DNA of 63,473 nt, filler included, from Octopus bimaculoides (taxonomy: Eukaryota): the NCBI RefSeq assembly GCF_001194135.2. It is 5 parts of 5 records of this genome, joined end to end, with 100 filler letters (N's around TTAATTAATTAA, not from the genome) between each part and the next. Parts side by side here need not be neighbours in the genome. Positions count along the whole stretch, not along the records: positions 21,563 to 42,542 come from NC_068987.1; positions 42,643 to 55,635 come from NC_068986.1; 3 more parts are not named here. One strand, 5' to 3'. This document shows positions 38,735 to 51,534 of the stretch, in pieces. Below the pieces are notes generated by a model, which saw nothing but the letters and a program-made list of their open reading frames with translations, ran no database searches and was not told the origin of the DNA. A program made the translations under genes and the position numbers. Position 1 is the first letter of the stretch, and each line of letters opens with the position of its first letter.

Positions 38735-38881
38735 CGAGTGTGTATGATTATGTATAGAAGAATATATCAATGAAAGGAATTTCAACTTGGATTTCCCCGT
38801 TTCATTTACAATCTTATAATAATTTAATATAAGATCATATATAAATAATGAAATTATAGAATATTAAATGTTCATTCTGCT

Positions 38882-38926
38882 TGAACTAGTAATTTCATGC
38901 ATTAAACTATGCCATCTTCAGGTTCA
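38882..38926 (-). ncRNA. Decayed hammerhead-like motif downstream of the PLE at 39451-40565
   Basis: Minus strand: TGAAC-CTGAAGA-tgGCATagtttaATGCat-GAA-attacta-GTTCA; stem I in register, stems II and III partly broken. Confidence 0.35.
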
Positions 38927-39450
38927 TATAGTTGTGGTGACAGTTATATTTTACAGTATAACGGTAGTGAGATGGCTAAAATGTATGCCTTAAATACATT
39001 TGTATAGGCACCAGAATGTTAAGTTTGCAAACTGTATTCTGATCAATCAGTGTGTGTCTTCACTAAATTACATAAGTTGATTGGCGTTTGGTTTAGGCGT
39101 CACGGTTTGTTGAGCATGTCAAGAGACCTGTATTTTGACCCTGGCCAAAGCAGTAATTATTTAGCTATCTTTAGAAATATTGTAAACAATATTTCCCAGG
39201 GATTTTTAGAATTCAGTTACCATGATCATCATTATCATCACCTTAATTATTGATGTCGTTGGTCGTGGTAGTAAGAATAGCTGTGGTAATAGAACTTTAA
39301 ACCCTAAATAAGATTATTTTTACTGATGTTTCTCTTGACTTAGCTAGCATTTTCCTGCTATCGTCATCATGAGAGCCTTTAGTATTGTTGTTGTTAGTGG
39401 TAGTGGTCGTAGCAGTAGAAATAGTAATTTTAAGTATTATCATTATTTAT

Positions 39451-40565
39451 TTAGTTTGGGTTGGAATTTATCAATAGAGTTCTTTTCTCTGATTTTCCTC
39501 TCGTTTCCTCTTGGACCATATAGTTTGTGGTATGGAAATATATTTTCCAACCACATTTTGCTGGATGGTTACCCAAAGGTAATTGATGGACCTCTGGGTC
39601 TCTAATTTGCTGTCGGTGCACACGTGAACTTTCTGATAGTGCATTTCCAGTCTGACCCACATATAATTCTTCACAATTCAGGCATTTAATGCAATAAATT
39701 AAATTTCTACTTTTGCAGTTCATATTTGCGTTTGTGAATATTTTCCCGGTTTTTGTGTTCATATATTGGCCGGTATGTATGAATTGTCATATGCCACATC
39801 GGCTGTCACTGCATATAGATACAGTGAAGGATCGGTCTTTGTTGCTAAGGTCAAACTTTGCCTTTGTTAATAATTTTTCAAAATTTTAGGCTGTCTTTTA
39901 CTAAGAACCATAGCTTGCTCCGTGATTACATCTTCTAATTCATTACTTTGAGCAATGATTGATAACATGGGTGACACGGGTTGTGTATCACTATAAATGG
40001 TATGACTTGTTCTTGTTTTCATCTTCTTTGGGTTGTCCTAAGTTGTATTGGTATTTTTATAGTCCGCTACATGCCATTTTCTATAAGTAGAGACGGGTAT
40101 TTTTGTTTGAGCCAAAATTCTCTTAGTTCTGTTAGGTGTTTCTTTCTGATATTCACATCTTCTACAATGGTACAAATTCTTCTGGTTAGGCAGTTATGGG
40201 ATGTTGCGTTTTGTATGTGGTAGATGGAACGACTTGAAATTCAGGTATTGATGTTTGTCCGTGCGTTTATAGTATATATCTGTCGCAATGGTGGTGTCCT
40301 TTTTAATTACCATATATCTTATCTAGGAATGGTAATATGGTACCACTCATCTCCTTTGTAAATTGGAGAGATGGGTGTAGGTTGTTCAGGAGGATATTGA
40401 ACTATTCCAGAGTATTTGGAGATTCTGTACAGATTATGAAGCAGTCGTCAAGATTTCTCTTCCATGCCTTTTGAATATACTTTCTAAATTCACTGCTATA
40501 ACTTTCCTCTACTTCTTGGTAGAGTTGTTGTTCTAAGTATCCCATTACAGAGTTCGCATAAACCT
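39451..40565 (-). mobile_element. Penelope-like element: RT core to GIY-YIG, 5' truncated, pseudogenised
   Basis: VYANSVMGYLEQQLY...WKRNLDDCFI...TDIYYKRTDKHQYLNFKSFH..HTKRNIP...NLIYCIKCLNCEELYVGQTGN...RVHRQQI. Confidence 0.88.
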
Positions 40566-40569
40566 CATG

Positions 40570-41495
40570 AAAACAAACCCCCGGAAGAAAACTAAAACTT
40601 TCAGATAGGGACCGTCGGACTCTCACGCGAATTGTTAGAAAGGATCACAAAAGTACAGCTCCCAATATTACTGCAGAGCTCAATGACCACCTCGAGAACT
40701 CAGTTTCCACAAAAACTGTTCGCTGGAGGAGCTGCACAAAGCCAGATTTCACGGGAGGGCTGCAATCAGAAAATCACTACTTTCAAAAACAAACGTTGCA
40801 AAGCGTTTAGAGTGGAGTAAAAACCTACAGAATTGGTCCCTAGAGCAGTGGAAGAATGTTATTTTCTCGGACAAGTCATCCTTTACCTTATTTCCGACCA
40901 CCGGCCGAGTATACGTGTGGNNNNNNNNNNNNNNNNNNNNNNNNNNNNNNNNNNNNNNNNNNNNNNNNNNNNNNNNNNNNNNNNNNNNNNNNNNNNNNNN
41001 NNNNNNNNNNNNNNNNNNNNNNNNNCAATGGTTTCTCTTCATGGCAGAATTAATAGTCAAGACTATTTAAGTATTTTATTTGATCAAATTCATCTTATGG
41101 TTGCGGAACTGTTTCCGGAGGGAAACGCAAGATTTCAAAATGACAATGCACCTCTTCACACAGCTAAAGTTGTTACTGACTGGTACAACGAATATTCTCG
41201 TGAAGTTGAACATCTTATCTGGCCACAACAGTTCCCAGATTTCAATATTATTGAACGTTTAAGGTGCATTTTAGAAAAACAAGTAAGGTGTCGATATCCT
41301 CCACCATCATAACTATAAGAACTGGAGATTGTTTTCGCTGAAGAATGGACAACGTTCCTTTGGAAACAATTCAAACTTTCTACGAGTCCATACCTCGTCG
41401 AATTTAAGCTGTAATTACTGGCAAAGGCGGTCTTACCCCATATTAAAATAAGTTTATTTAAAATTTTAAGGTGTTTCCATTATTTTGTCCAACCC

Positions 41496-41498
<3 letters not shown>
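40570..41498 (+). mobile_element. Tc1-family transposon with DD36E spacing (Incomer-like); left end missing, right TIR present
   Basis: LSDRDRRTLTRIVRKDH...VIFSD(40870)...FQND(41142)NAPLH...PDFNIIE(41253); TIR aaggtgtttccattattttgtccaacccctg followed by TA; stops near the C-terminus. Confidence 0.9.
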
Positions 41499-41583
<85 letters not shown>

Positions 41584-42214
41584 GTATGTGTGCATATATA
41601 TGCATGTAGATATTTGTGTGTAGGTTAGCGTATGTGTGTGTATATCTTTATAAATGTGCATGTGAGCGTTAATTGACAAGCTTAATTTCAAAATACTTAT
41701 AACCAGACATATTAAACCAGTTAATCAACAGCGGCATCACTGTTGGATACTACAGCTAATTGATGCTAATACATATTAATACTATAATTTTCTGTCAATT
41801 TCAATTTTTTCCGTTTTCATTTCCAAATGTTATTAGCGTGTAGAATATGTTTTAGATAGATGGCATGCCATATTTCAGGTTAACTGACCAAACCAACGCA
41901 AAATTGTATTTGTTTTATGAATTCTCTCCCGATATTTTATTTATCTTCACAAATCCAAATATTACTCACAATAAAAACAGCTTTTGTTTTGATACGTTAA
42001 ACGAAACGGAAATTAGATATTTGGATGATGCAGTATTGTATTCAGAAGAGCTTTAAAATTCAAATGTTTGCCAATTAGATACTGTTAAACAGGGTTGTCT
42101 GTTTATACTGTTAAGTAATATATAGGCCCGATTCCAAAATCGTATGATGTATTGAGTTTGGTTTACTAGTTGCTATACTTGTATGTATGCATACAGTTTA
42201 TATGTATATGGATA

Positions 42215-42430
42215 GGACATGACGCAAGGTTGACAAAAAACAGGTGGACCCGTGAAGTAGCTGAGTGGTATCCAAGATAGGTAAAGGCCACTTGGAACGC
42301 CTCCATGGCGATGGGATGACGATTTATTCAAGCAATTTAGGTGAAAGTGGAAAAGAATGGCTCAATGAAGACGAAATTGGAAGCGTATTGTGACCAGTGG
42401 GGTACGACAGCATCTGCTGGTTTGGTCGAT
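42215..42430 (+). mobile_element. RTE-clade LINE, 3' end of ORF remnant
   Basis: RWTREVAEWYPR...PLGTPPWRWDDDL...WKRMAQ*RRNWK. Confidence 0.65.
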
Positions 42431-42497
42431 ACTGTGACATATATAATATAATATAATATAATATAATATAATATGATATAATATAATATGATTGATA

Positions 42498-42542
<45 letters not shown>

Positions 42543-42642
42543 NNNNNNNNNNNNNNNNNNNNNNNNNNNNNNNNNNNNNNNNNNNNTTAATTAATTAANN
42601 NNNNNNNNNNNNNNNNNNNNNNNNNNNNNNNNNNNNNNNNNN
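42543..42642. other. Artificial assembly spacer N44-TTAATTAATTAA-N44
   Basis: Same structure as 21463-21562. Confidence 0.95.
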
Positions 42643-42704
<62 letters not shown>

Positions 42705-42860
42705 GAGATAAATGGACTGAGTGTGGGTGTGAATGAGAGAGAGACAGTCATATAGGGAAAGAGAGAGAAAGAGAGGAAGAGGGAGTTTAGTGCTAGAGAC
42801 AGAGAAATTGAGAGAGAGCGAGCTAGCGACAGCGTCCCCGTATTATAGCTTGCTACTCAA

Positions 42861-43060
42861 GGCGGCGAGCAGGCAGAAATTACGCTGGGCGAAATGCTTG
42901 GTGGTATTTTGTCTAAGTTCAAATTCTGCCGAGGTCGACTTTGCCTTTCATCCCTTCAGGATCGATAAATTAAGTACCAGTTGTGTACTGTGGTCGATCT
43001 AATCGACTGGACGACCCCTTTCCAAAAATTTCGTGCCTTGTGCCTAGAGTATAAAAGAAT
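42861..43060 (+). mobile_element. SINE family B with CpGs largely retained
   Basis: ggcggcgagcaggcagaa...gccgaggtcgactttgcctttcatcccttcaggatcgataaattaagtaccag...gccttgtgcc. Confidence 0.85.
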
Positions 43061-43189
43061 ATAACTAGCTGTTAGGATAAGAACCTGACTTGAAAGAACT
43101 GGGGTGGATTCGTTCAACGAAAGTAGATAGGGACAACTTTTGAAGAAGAACTGACCTCATGACAAGGCCTAGCATGATGCTGGGTGGTT

Positions 43190-43360
43190 ACAGGCGCAGC
43201 AGTGGCTGTGTGGTTAGTAGCTTGCTTACCAACTACATGGTTGTGGGTTCTGTCTCACAGCGTGGCACCTTATTTTGTGTTCTGTCCCACTGCACAGCAC
43301 CTTGGGTAGGTATCGTCTGCTATAGATCTGTGCCAACTAATGCCTTGTAAGTGAATTTCG
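43190..43360 (+). mobile_element. SINE family A head with short internal duplication
   Basis: gtggctgtgtggttagtagcttgcttaccaactacatggttgtgggttctgtc...gcaccttggg. Confidence 0.75.
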
Positions 43361-43759
43361 TTCACGTGTTGATACCATCGAAACCTGTGATGGTCTGTTT
43401 TTTTTTTTGTTTTTTTTTTTTCATAACATCGCGGCCCCGCCACATTTGGAAGTCAAACAATGTAGCTGGAAAGTATGGAATGCCGTAGGATAGATTGATC
43501 AGAAAATTAGAATCCGGCCTTACGACACTGTTACAATGATTCTAACTGTGAAATACAATATGAGTATATATTTATGTGGAATATTCGGCCACTCACTTAC
43601 CAAATTAATCAGACGAGAATTAGTTCATTGGATAACTGAACACTTATATTCAAGATCTAGTTACATATTGTTAACAAACTATTTCAGAGTGATTTAAAAT
43701 GTTTAAATGTCAATTCTATCTGTATCATTGATTTTGAAGATCGAATATCAGAATATTTC

Positions 43760-44320
43760 AAAATCGCAAAATTATGAAGCTACTATCTTAGAGTATATCA
43801 TTGACTCCATAACGAGAGGTAGCAAGAAGAACCGAAATCAGAACTTAATCACAGAGAAAAGGGCAAATCAGAAAATTATTTTGGCAATAAGCTTCTTATC
43901 TTATATTAGACAAAAATTAATAATTCTTGAAATAAAATATAATACTGGTGACATTTCCAAACATAATCGTCTTTGAAATTCGGTGAAACAACCAACAATC
44001 TCCATTACCACGACAAATGCTATCGAAGCGACAAAGAAGACACTTTGGGCATTTAAACGAAGCAGTTCACCTGTAGTCACAAAGAGAGCAATTTCGAAAA
44101 TGTACTGCAATAGCCTAAGGTTCAAACGTCCACAAGTCTTCAATACCCTGCCACAAAAATTAAGAAATCCTCATAAGGTGGAAGTAGATGTCTTCAAAAA
44201 AGGAACTAGACAACCTCCTATCCACGATACCGGATGAACCAACAGACCAATGTGAGGCAAATACGGGGAAAGCGGAATCAAATTCTTCTATACACCAAAT
44301 TAGCCAATAGCTGGGACAAA
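43760..44320 (+). mobile_element. CR1-type LINE 3' end, degraded
   Basis: KMYCNSLRFKRPQVFNTLPQKLRNPHKVEVDVFKK.LDNLLSTIPDEPT...SNSSIHQ. Confidence 0.75.
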
Positions 44321-44526
44321 TGCACATACAGGAGTGGTAATGTGAACCACTCCGGGTTGAAGAAATGAGAAAGACCACGGTTGAAGCGAGTAAAATAGTA
44401 TACACAGAGAGAGAGGGGGTGAGAGAGGAGGAGAGATGGATTGATAAATAGATAGATAAATAAACAGACAGATAGTTAGATGGATAAATAGATAGATAAA
44501 TAGATAGATAGATTCTGCCTGCCTGC

Positions 44527-44579
<53 letters not shown>

Positions 44580-45054
44580 CCTTACATACTCGAGTGAGCG
44601 TGCACGCAACATGTGTCTTTCACCGTTTCACTACACGTGTTAGCATTATCGTAAAGTAACGGTTCATAAAATTACAAGACTAAAGTAATTTCAGGATACG
44701 TTCTGATTGCTGAAACCCTCCAAGAAACTCCAGCATAGCCACAACTAAAAGTATGACAAAATAAGAAACAAAAACAGAACACTACGCACACCTAATGTTT
44801 TTTTGTTTTTATATATAAAATATTAACGACATGAGTAAATCAATATTAAGTATATTATTCTGAAATCTGTCAAAGATTATCACATTTAATAATCTGGATG
44901 TAAAATATTGAGTGATTATATCACTGTTAATAGATATTACCAGCTGCCTCAGTTTATATAATAAACAGTTATTTCACTGGTTTTAAAGTTATTTTGAATG
45001 ATATACACTATAATGGCGTAGGTGTGGCTGTGCGGTTATTCTTTGTAAGTGGAG

Positions 45055-45203
45055 TACATAATTTATCGGTTTCTTTTGCGGAACCTCTAGTTAAAGGAGT
45101 CGTAAATACACCAACACCAATTGTCAAGCGATGGTGGGCGGGAGACAAATACAAACACACAAATACACATATATAAAGATATAAAGCTTCCCTCTTCCAA
45201 GTC

Positions 45204-45239
<36 letters not shown>

Positions 45240-45531
45240 GACTTGNNNNNNNNNNNNNNNNNNNNNNNNNNNNNNNNNNNNNNNNNNNNNNNNNNNNNNN
45301 NNNNNNNNNNNNNNNNNNNNNNNNNNNNNNNNNNNNNNNNNNNNNNNNNNNNNNNNNNNNNNNNNNNNNNNNNNNNNNNNNNNNNNNNNNNNNNNNNNNN
45401 NNNNNNNNNNNNNNNNNNNNNNNNNNNNNNNNNNNNNNNNNNNNNNNNNNNNNNNNNNNNNNNNNNNNNNNNNNNNNNNNNNNNNNNNNNNNNNNNNNNN
45501 NNNNNNNNNNNNNNNNNNNNNNNNNNNNNNN

Positions 45532-45587
<56 letters not shown>

Positions 45588-45760
45588 GGTATGCTTACGT
45601 CCCCGTAACTTTGCGGTTCGGCAAAGAAATCGAGAGCCTATCAGGCTTAAAAAAGCAGAAAAACAAGGACTAAGGGTCTGTCTATTAGACTGAAAAATTC
45701 TTCAGAGTACGGCTCCAGCTTGGCCATGGGCTGATGAATGTAACGAGAAAAAAGATAAAC
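45055..45760. mobile_element. Two family A SINE tails in inverted orientation (minus 45055-45165, plus 45586-45760) around a microsatellite and gap
   Basis: cttttgcggaacc...aaatacaccaac versus gttggtatgcttacgtccccgtaactttgcggttcggcaaag. Confidence 0.7.
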
Positions 45761-45794
45761 GAAAGAGGGATAATTTAGCTTAGTATAACGGCCG

Positions 45795-46300
45795 TTACTA
45801 CCAACACCACCACCACGACCACGATCACAAACACCACCACCATTATCCACCACCACCACGATCACAACCTCCAGCACCACGAACCCAACCACCACAACCA
45901 CTACCACCATCACACGCACCACCACCACCACCATTAACACCATAAGCACCACGATCACAACTACCACCACAACCACCACTGACACCACCATCACCACGAT
46001 NNNNNNNNNNACGATCACAACTACCACCACCACCAACATTACTATCACAACTACTACCACCACGAACCCAACCACCACAACCACCACCACCATCACACAC
46101 AGCACCACGATCACGACGACCACCTCCACCACGATCAGAACCACTACTACCACCAACATTACTCTCACATCTACCACGACCACCACCACCACCGCTATCA
46201 CGATCACAACTTCCACCAATTCAACTCCATGATGATGATGATGACAACCACCACCACCAACATGACGATGAAGACCACCTCCACCTGTACCGCCGCCACC
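45795..46300. repeat. Degenerate (ACC/ACG/ACT)n trinucleotide array
   Basis: Directly visible; explains the poly-V and poly-G ORFs. Confidence 0.9.
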
Positions 46301-46309
46301 ATAATAGAT

Positions 46310-46486
46310 TCTTTTACCTTGGCACAAGGCCAGTACTTTTGAGGGTGGTCAATTAAATCGACCCGGCTATGCAACTGGTACTTGTTTTATCAACCACGAA
46401 AGGGTAAAAAAGGCAAAGTCGACTTCGGTGGAATTTGAACTCAGAACCATTTCGTCCGGCGTGTTAACGATTCGGCCAGTTCGCTG
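46310..46486 (-). mobile_element. SINE family B
   Basis: ggcacaaggccag...actggtacttg...aaggcaaagtcgacttcggtggaatttgaactcagaac. Confidence 0.85.
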
Positions 46487-46619
46487 TCCTCGCCCCCACC
46501 ATAAGAGGTTAGTAGCAGTAACACGTCCCTTCCCCTGCCCACAGCCACCACATGTATCTCACCATAGTCCACCCTCAACACTTCTCCTGCCACCTCACAT
46601 CCGCTGCCACGCCCACCAG

Positions 46620-47155
46620 AATAAATAATGATCAATTAAACAGTTGCAGCAGCAGCAGCAGTAGCAGTAGCAGCGGCGGCGACAATACCAACACCGCCAC
46701 CATTACCATCACCAGCGCCCATCAGCCATCGCTAGCACAACTGCCGCCACTACTACTACTACTGCCACCACCACTAACACCACTACAACCACCGCTACAG
46801 CCGACATCAGCACCACCATCACTACCACCACCACCACCTCCACAAACACCGCTACCACCACCTCCACAGCAACCCATACCACTACCACTACAACCAGCAC
46901 CACCACCATTACAACCACCGCAGCGCCGACGGCACCACACCATCACCTCTAGAACCATCACCACGATTACCAACGGCACCAAACCACCACCACGACCGCC
47001 GCGCCGTCGGCACCACACCATCGCCACCATCTCTAGAACCACTACCAACGGCACCAAACTACCACAATCATCACCACCACGCCGACGGCACCATCGCCAC
47101 CACCTCTAGAACCACTTCCACCACCACTACCGACAGCACCAAACCACTACAAGCA
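46620..47155. repeat. (ACC)-derived low-complexity tract containing three about 78-bp higher-order units
   Basis: Anchor cgccg(a/t)cggcacc at 46924, 47002 and 47080; tctagaacca at 46948, 47032 and 47105. Confidence 0.8.
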
Positions 47156-47534
47156 CTATACATACATAAAACATAATATCTATGATTCTTTGTGTCCATT
47201 CCCACCACCACACCACTTCTTGATAACCGATATTAGTTTCTTCATGTCTCCATAACGTAGCGGTTCGAGAAAAGATACCGATACAATAAGTATCTTTACT
47301 TAAAACAAACATTATACATAATCAATACAAGAAGATACTACAAAGATATATTAATTAATTAAGACATATTAAGTACATTATAGCATAAGTAAATCTCGAG
47401 CAATTAAGATCCAAAGAAGAATTAATAAAAGGTCCCAAAATAGCACCAGCGATTGCTAGAAATAAGAGTCAAAATTAACTCTGAAAGCTACAAAAAACAT
47501 ACTTCATTATATGTATATATATTTGCGTGTATGT

Positions 47535-48145
47535 CTGTCAGCCGATGTTGGTGTGTTTATGTCCCCGTAACCTAGCGATTCGGGAAAGGGGTGAGAGAAA
47601 ATGAGTACAAGACTTACAGGGAATATATATGTTTGTCACCCCCAACATCGCTTCACAACCAATGTTGGTGTGTTTATGAGCCTGTAACCTAGTGGTTCGG
47701 CAAAGGACACTAACAAAATACGTACAAGGCTTACAGAGAATAAGTCTTGAATTCGATTTCCTCGACTTGAAAAAAAACAACTAAAAGGCGCTGCTCCAGC
47801 ATCGCCTCAGTCAAACGCTTGGAACAAAAGATTGAAAGATAATCGCATACATAGGCGCAGGAGTGGTATGTAGCTTCCTTACCAACCACATGGTTCCTAT
47901 CAGTCCCACTGCGTGACCCCTTGGACAAGTGTCTTCTACCATAGCCTCGAGCCGACCAAAGCCTTATAAGTGGATTCAATAGACGGAAAATGAAATGTTT
48001 GTCCCCTTAACATCGCTTGACAACCTCTGCTGGTGTGTCTACGTCCTCGTAAGATAGAGTTTCGGCAAATCTTACGATAAAATAAGCCCTGGAGTCGATT
48101 CGACTAAATGCGTTGCTCCAGCTTGGCCGTAACAAGTAAACGAAT
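47535..48145 (+). mobile_element. Cluster of family A SINEs: duplicated tail (47535-47835), then a full copy lacking the internal microsatellite (47853-48145)
   Basis: gttggtgtgtttatg occurs twice; in the second element the head (…tagacggaaaatgaaa) joins directly to the tail (tgtttgtcccc…) at about 47995. Confidence 0.8.
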
Positions 48146-48549
48146 AATGATTAAAGTCTGTCCTTTGTTAATAACGGGGGAAACTAGAGAGTTCCCCTTC
48201 AAGAGAAACTAGAAAGTCATACTCAACCGACTATCAAAGATATGCGATTACAATAAGAAGACGAAGGCAAGTATATATAAGATAAATCTTGAACACAATG
48301 GATGATTATATTTTAAAGTTTTTATATCATATTAAATTAAAAATTGAATTTTATATAATTCTTTTGAGATTGTTCCCTTTTATTTTACATATTAAATCAT
48401 TTTATAATAGAAACAAGCAACATTATTAAGTATTTTAGTAAATTAATTCGATAAAATATATTACAAGTTATAAAATCTTTTTTTATTGTACGTAACTAAT
48501 GTGTGGCAAGCGTAATAAGGTCAAGGATGTAGGCTTTCCCGCCAAATTG

Positions 48550-49190
48550 TCTATATTCGGAGCCTTGATATGTGTGTGTGTTTGTGTTACTCTTAATGTA
48601 GGTGGGTTTGTGTATATATTATAAACGTGTATGCGGTAATGTGTGCGCATGTAGCAGTCAGCCAGCTTAACTGGAAAGAAACACATGCCAGCAGGCACAC
48701 ACATACACACACACAGATACATACAAACATATACACACACACACTACCACAAAGGCGCAGACGCATATATGACAATGTACGCGGTGATTCATAGACGTTC
48801 ATATACAAATACACACACGCACACATAAGCAAAATATACACATACACAGACAAGTATATACGTTCGAATACGCCCCAAAACACGTACACATATACATGCA
48901 CACAGACGCAGATACTTAAATGCATACACTAACACATTGATACAGACAGACACAGAGAACTATGAACGCAGTCATACGCACTGAAATACAAATACACACC
49001 CATACACAAACTAAAATATGAACACTTACATAAACATACGCACATATAGACACACTTAAAAACGATACAGACAGACAAGAATGGACACAGCCGTGTTTAC
49101 ATGCGTTCGAACACAAAAATACACACATACACATAAACGTACACATTCACACAATGACACACACGCACAGATATCACACACACGCATCGT
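48550..49190. repeat. Degenerate (CA)-rich array
   Basis: Directly visible. Confidence 0.8.
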
Positions 49191-49519
49191 AAACTAGAAA
49201 GGAAACGAAAAGGAAAGGGAGAGAGAAACATACATGGGATATTAGTACTACTACTACAACTAGTTGTACGCGTCGAAGTGGTAGCCTCTTACGTGATCAC
49301 TCAACAAGCTAGAAATAACAGCCAAATCTTTCTGGTATCGCACTGCCGGCTTAAAATTGGATAGGTTGGGTAAATCATGTGGTGCTGCTGCTGGGTTACT
49401 TGCCAAATCGGGATTAAGGTGGAATGGCCACGGTTAGAATGCATTTCAGCGTATGGATACACGACAAACATCTTGTGGCTAAACAACTATGACAAGTTCT
49501 ACTTCTTCCACAGCGGTGA

Positions 49520-49799
49520 CTACTACTACTACTACTACTGCTTCACTGTTGTTGCAGCTGCTATTATTACTACTGCTTCTTCTTCTTCTTCTTCTTCTTC
49601 TTCTTCTTCTTCTTCTACCACTATTACCACCACCACTACTACTACCATTACTACTACTGCTACTGCCGCGATGCTGCTACTACTACTACTACTTCTACTA
49701 CTACTTCTACTACTACTACTACTACTTCTACTACTACTACTAACCACCATCACCACCATCACTGCTGCTGCTACTACCACTACTACCACCACCACCACC

Positions 49800-49876
<77 letters not shown>

Positions 49877-49880
49877 AACA
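49520..49880. repeat. Compound (TAC)n/(TTC)n/(CAC)n microsatellites
   Basis: Directly visible; explains the poly-L, poly-T and poly-S ORFs. Confidence 0.95.
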
Positions 49881-50168
49881 TCTGTAAAGCTAAAAAAAAC
49901 CTCTCGTTGTCACCGTCTCTGATGGTGCATTAAAACGTTTTATTCGTAATCGTCCCGACTTTCCACTTTTTGTGTTTCTTTGTTTTAGCTAATTAATAAC
50001 CTCGACTCCATTTTCCGGTGTGTTTTTGATTTAAACATTTATTCAATCCAGACATCGTAACGTGATTTGAGAGGAGATTTGTTTGCTATTTCTAGCAAGT
50101 CCAGCGACAACGTAGAAATTAGTGTTGGTAAATAATGGTGTTGCCGCTGATAACTACTGATGATGATA

Positions 50169-50208
<40 letters not shown>

Positions 50209-50340
50209 CGACGACGATAATTGTATTTGTTGTTGGTGGTTTTATTTTATCGTACTTTCTTACAATACTTGTGGTCCGACCGAGCTTTTAGTGTGAATTT
50301 GGTAGATGGAAATAGTGTACAAGCCAGTGTGTGTGCGTTC

Positions 50341-50416
<76 letters not shown>

Positions 50417-51488
50417 CTTCTCACGGACGTGCTGTCACATCGGCTGCGAAGGTAAACGTTTATTTGACCTTTTACTGTCCACATTTTGTTGGAATTTTTA
50501 AATAATTTTGTTGCGAAGCACCTAGGCTTCATTTGTGTGTATTTTCAAGGGCAGGAATTGACCCCCAGGGGCAGTTTCGGCCCNNNNNNNNNNNNNNNNN
50601 NNNNNNNNNNNNNNNNNNNNNNNNNNNNNNNNNNNNNNNNNNNNNNNNNNNNNNNNNNNNNNNNNNNNNNNNNNNNNNNNNNNNNNNNNNNNNNNNNNNN
50701 NNNNNNNNNNNNNNNNNNNNNNNNNNNNNNNNNNNNNNNNNNNNNNNNNNNNNNNNNNNNNNNNNNNNNNNNNNNNNNNNNNNNNNNNNNNNNNNNNNNN
50801 NNNNNNNNNNNNNNNNNNNNNNNNNNNNNNNNNNNNNNNNNNNNNNNNNNNNNNNNNNNNNNNNNNNNNNNNNNNNNNNNNNNNNNNNNNNNNNNNNNNN
50901 NNNNNNNNNNNNNNNNNNNNNNNNNNNNNNNNNNNNNNNNNNNNNNNNNNNNNNNNNNNNNNNNNNNNNNNNNNNNNNNNNNNNNNNNNNNNNNNNNNNN
51001 NNNNNNNNNNNNNNNNNNNNNNNNNNNNNNNNNNNNNNNNNNNNNNNNNNNNNNNNNNNNNNNNNNNNNNNNNNNNNNNNNNNNNNNNNNNNNNNNNNNN
51101 NNNNNNNNNNNNNNNNNNNNNNNNNNNNNNNNNNNNNNNNNNNNNNNNNNNNNNNNNNNNNNNNNNNNNNNNNNNNNNNNNNNNNNNNNNNNNNNNNNNN
51201 NNNNNNNNNNNNNNNNNNNNNNNNNNNNNNNNNNNNNNNNNNNNNNNNNNNNNNNNNNNNNNNNNNNNNNNNNNNNNNNNNNNNNNNNNNNNNNNNNNNN
51301 NNNNNNNNNNNNNNNNNNNNNNNNNNNNNNNNNNNNNNNNNNNNNNNNNNNNNNNNNNNNNNNNNNNNNNNNNNNNNNNNNNNNNNNNNNNNNNNNNNNN
51401 NNNNNNNNNNNNNNNNNNNNNNNNNNNNNNNNNNNNNNNNNNNNNNNNNNNNNNNNNNNNNNNNNNNNNNNNNNNNNNNNNNNNNNNN

Positions 51489-51530
<42 letters not shown>

Positions 51531-51534
51531 TCTC

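Noticed and set aside
45647-49922. Mucin-like, Gly-rich or poly-Val proteins
   Set aside because: Direct translations of ACC, TAC and TTC simple repeats on both strands.
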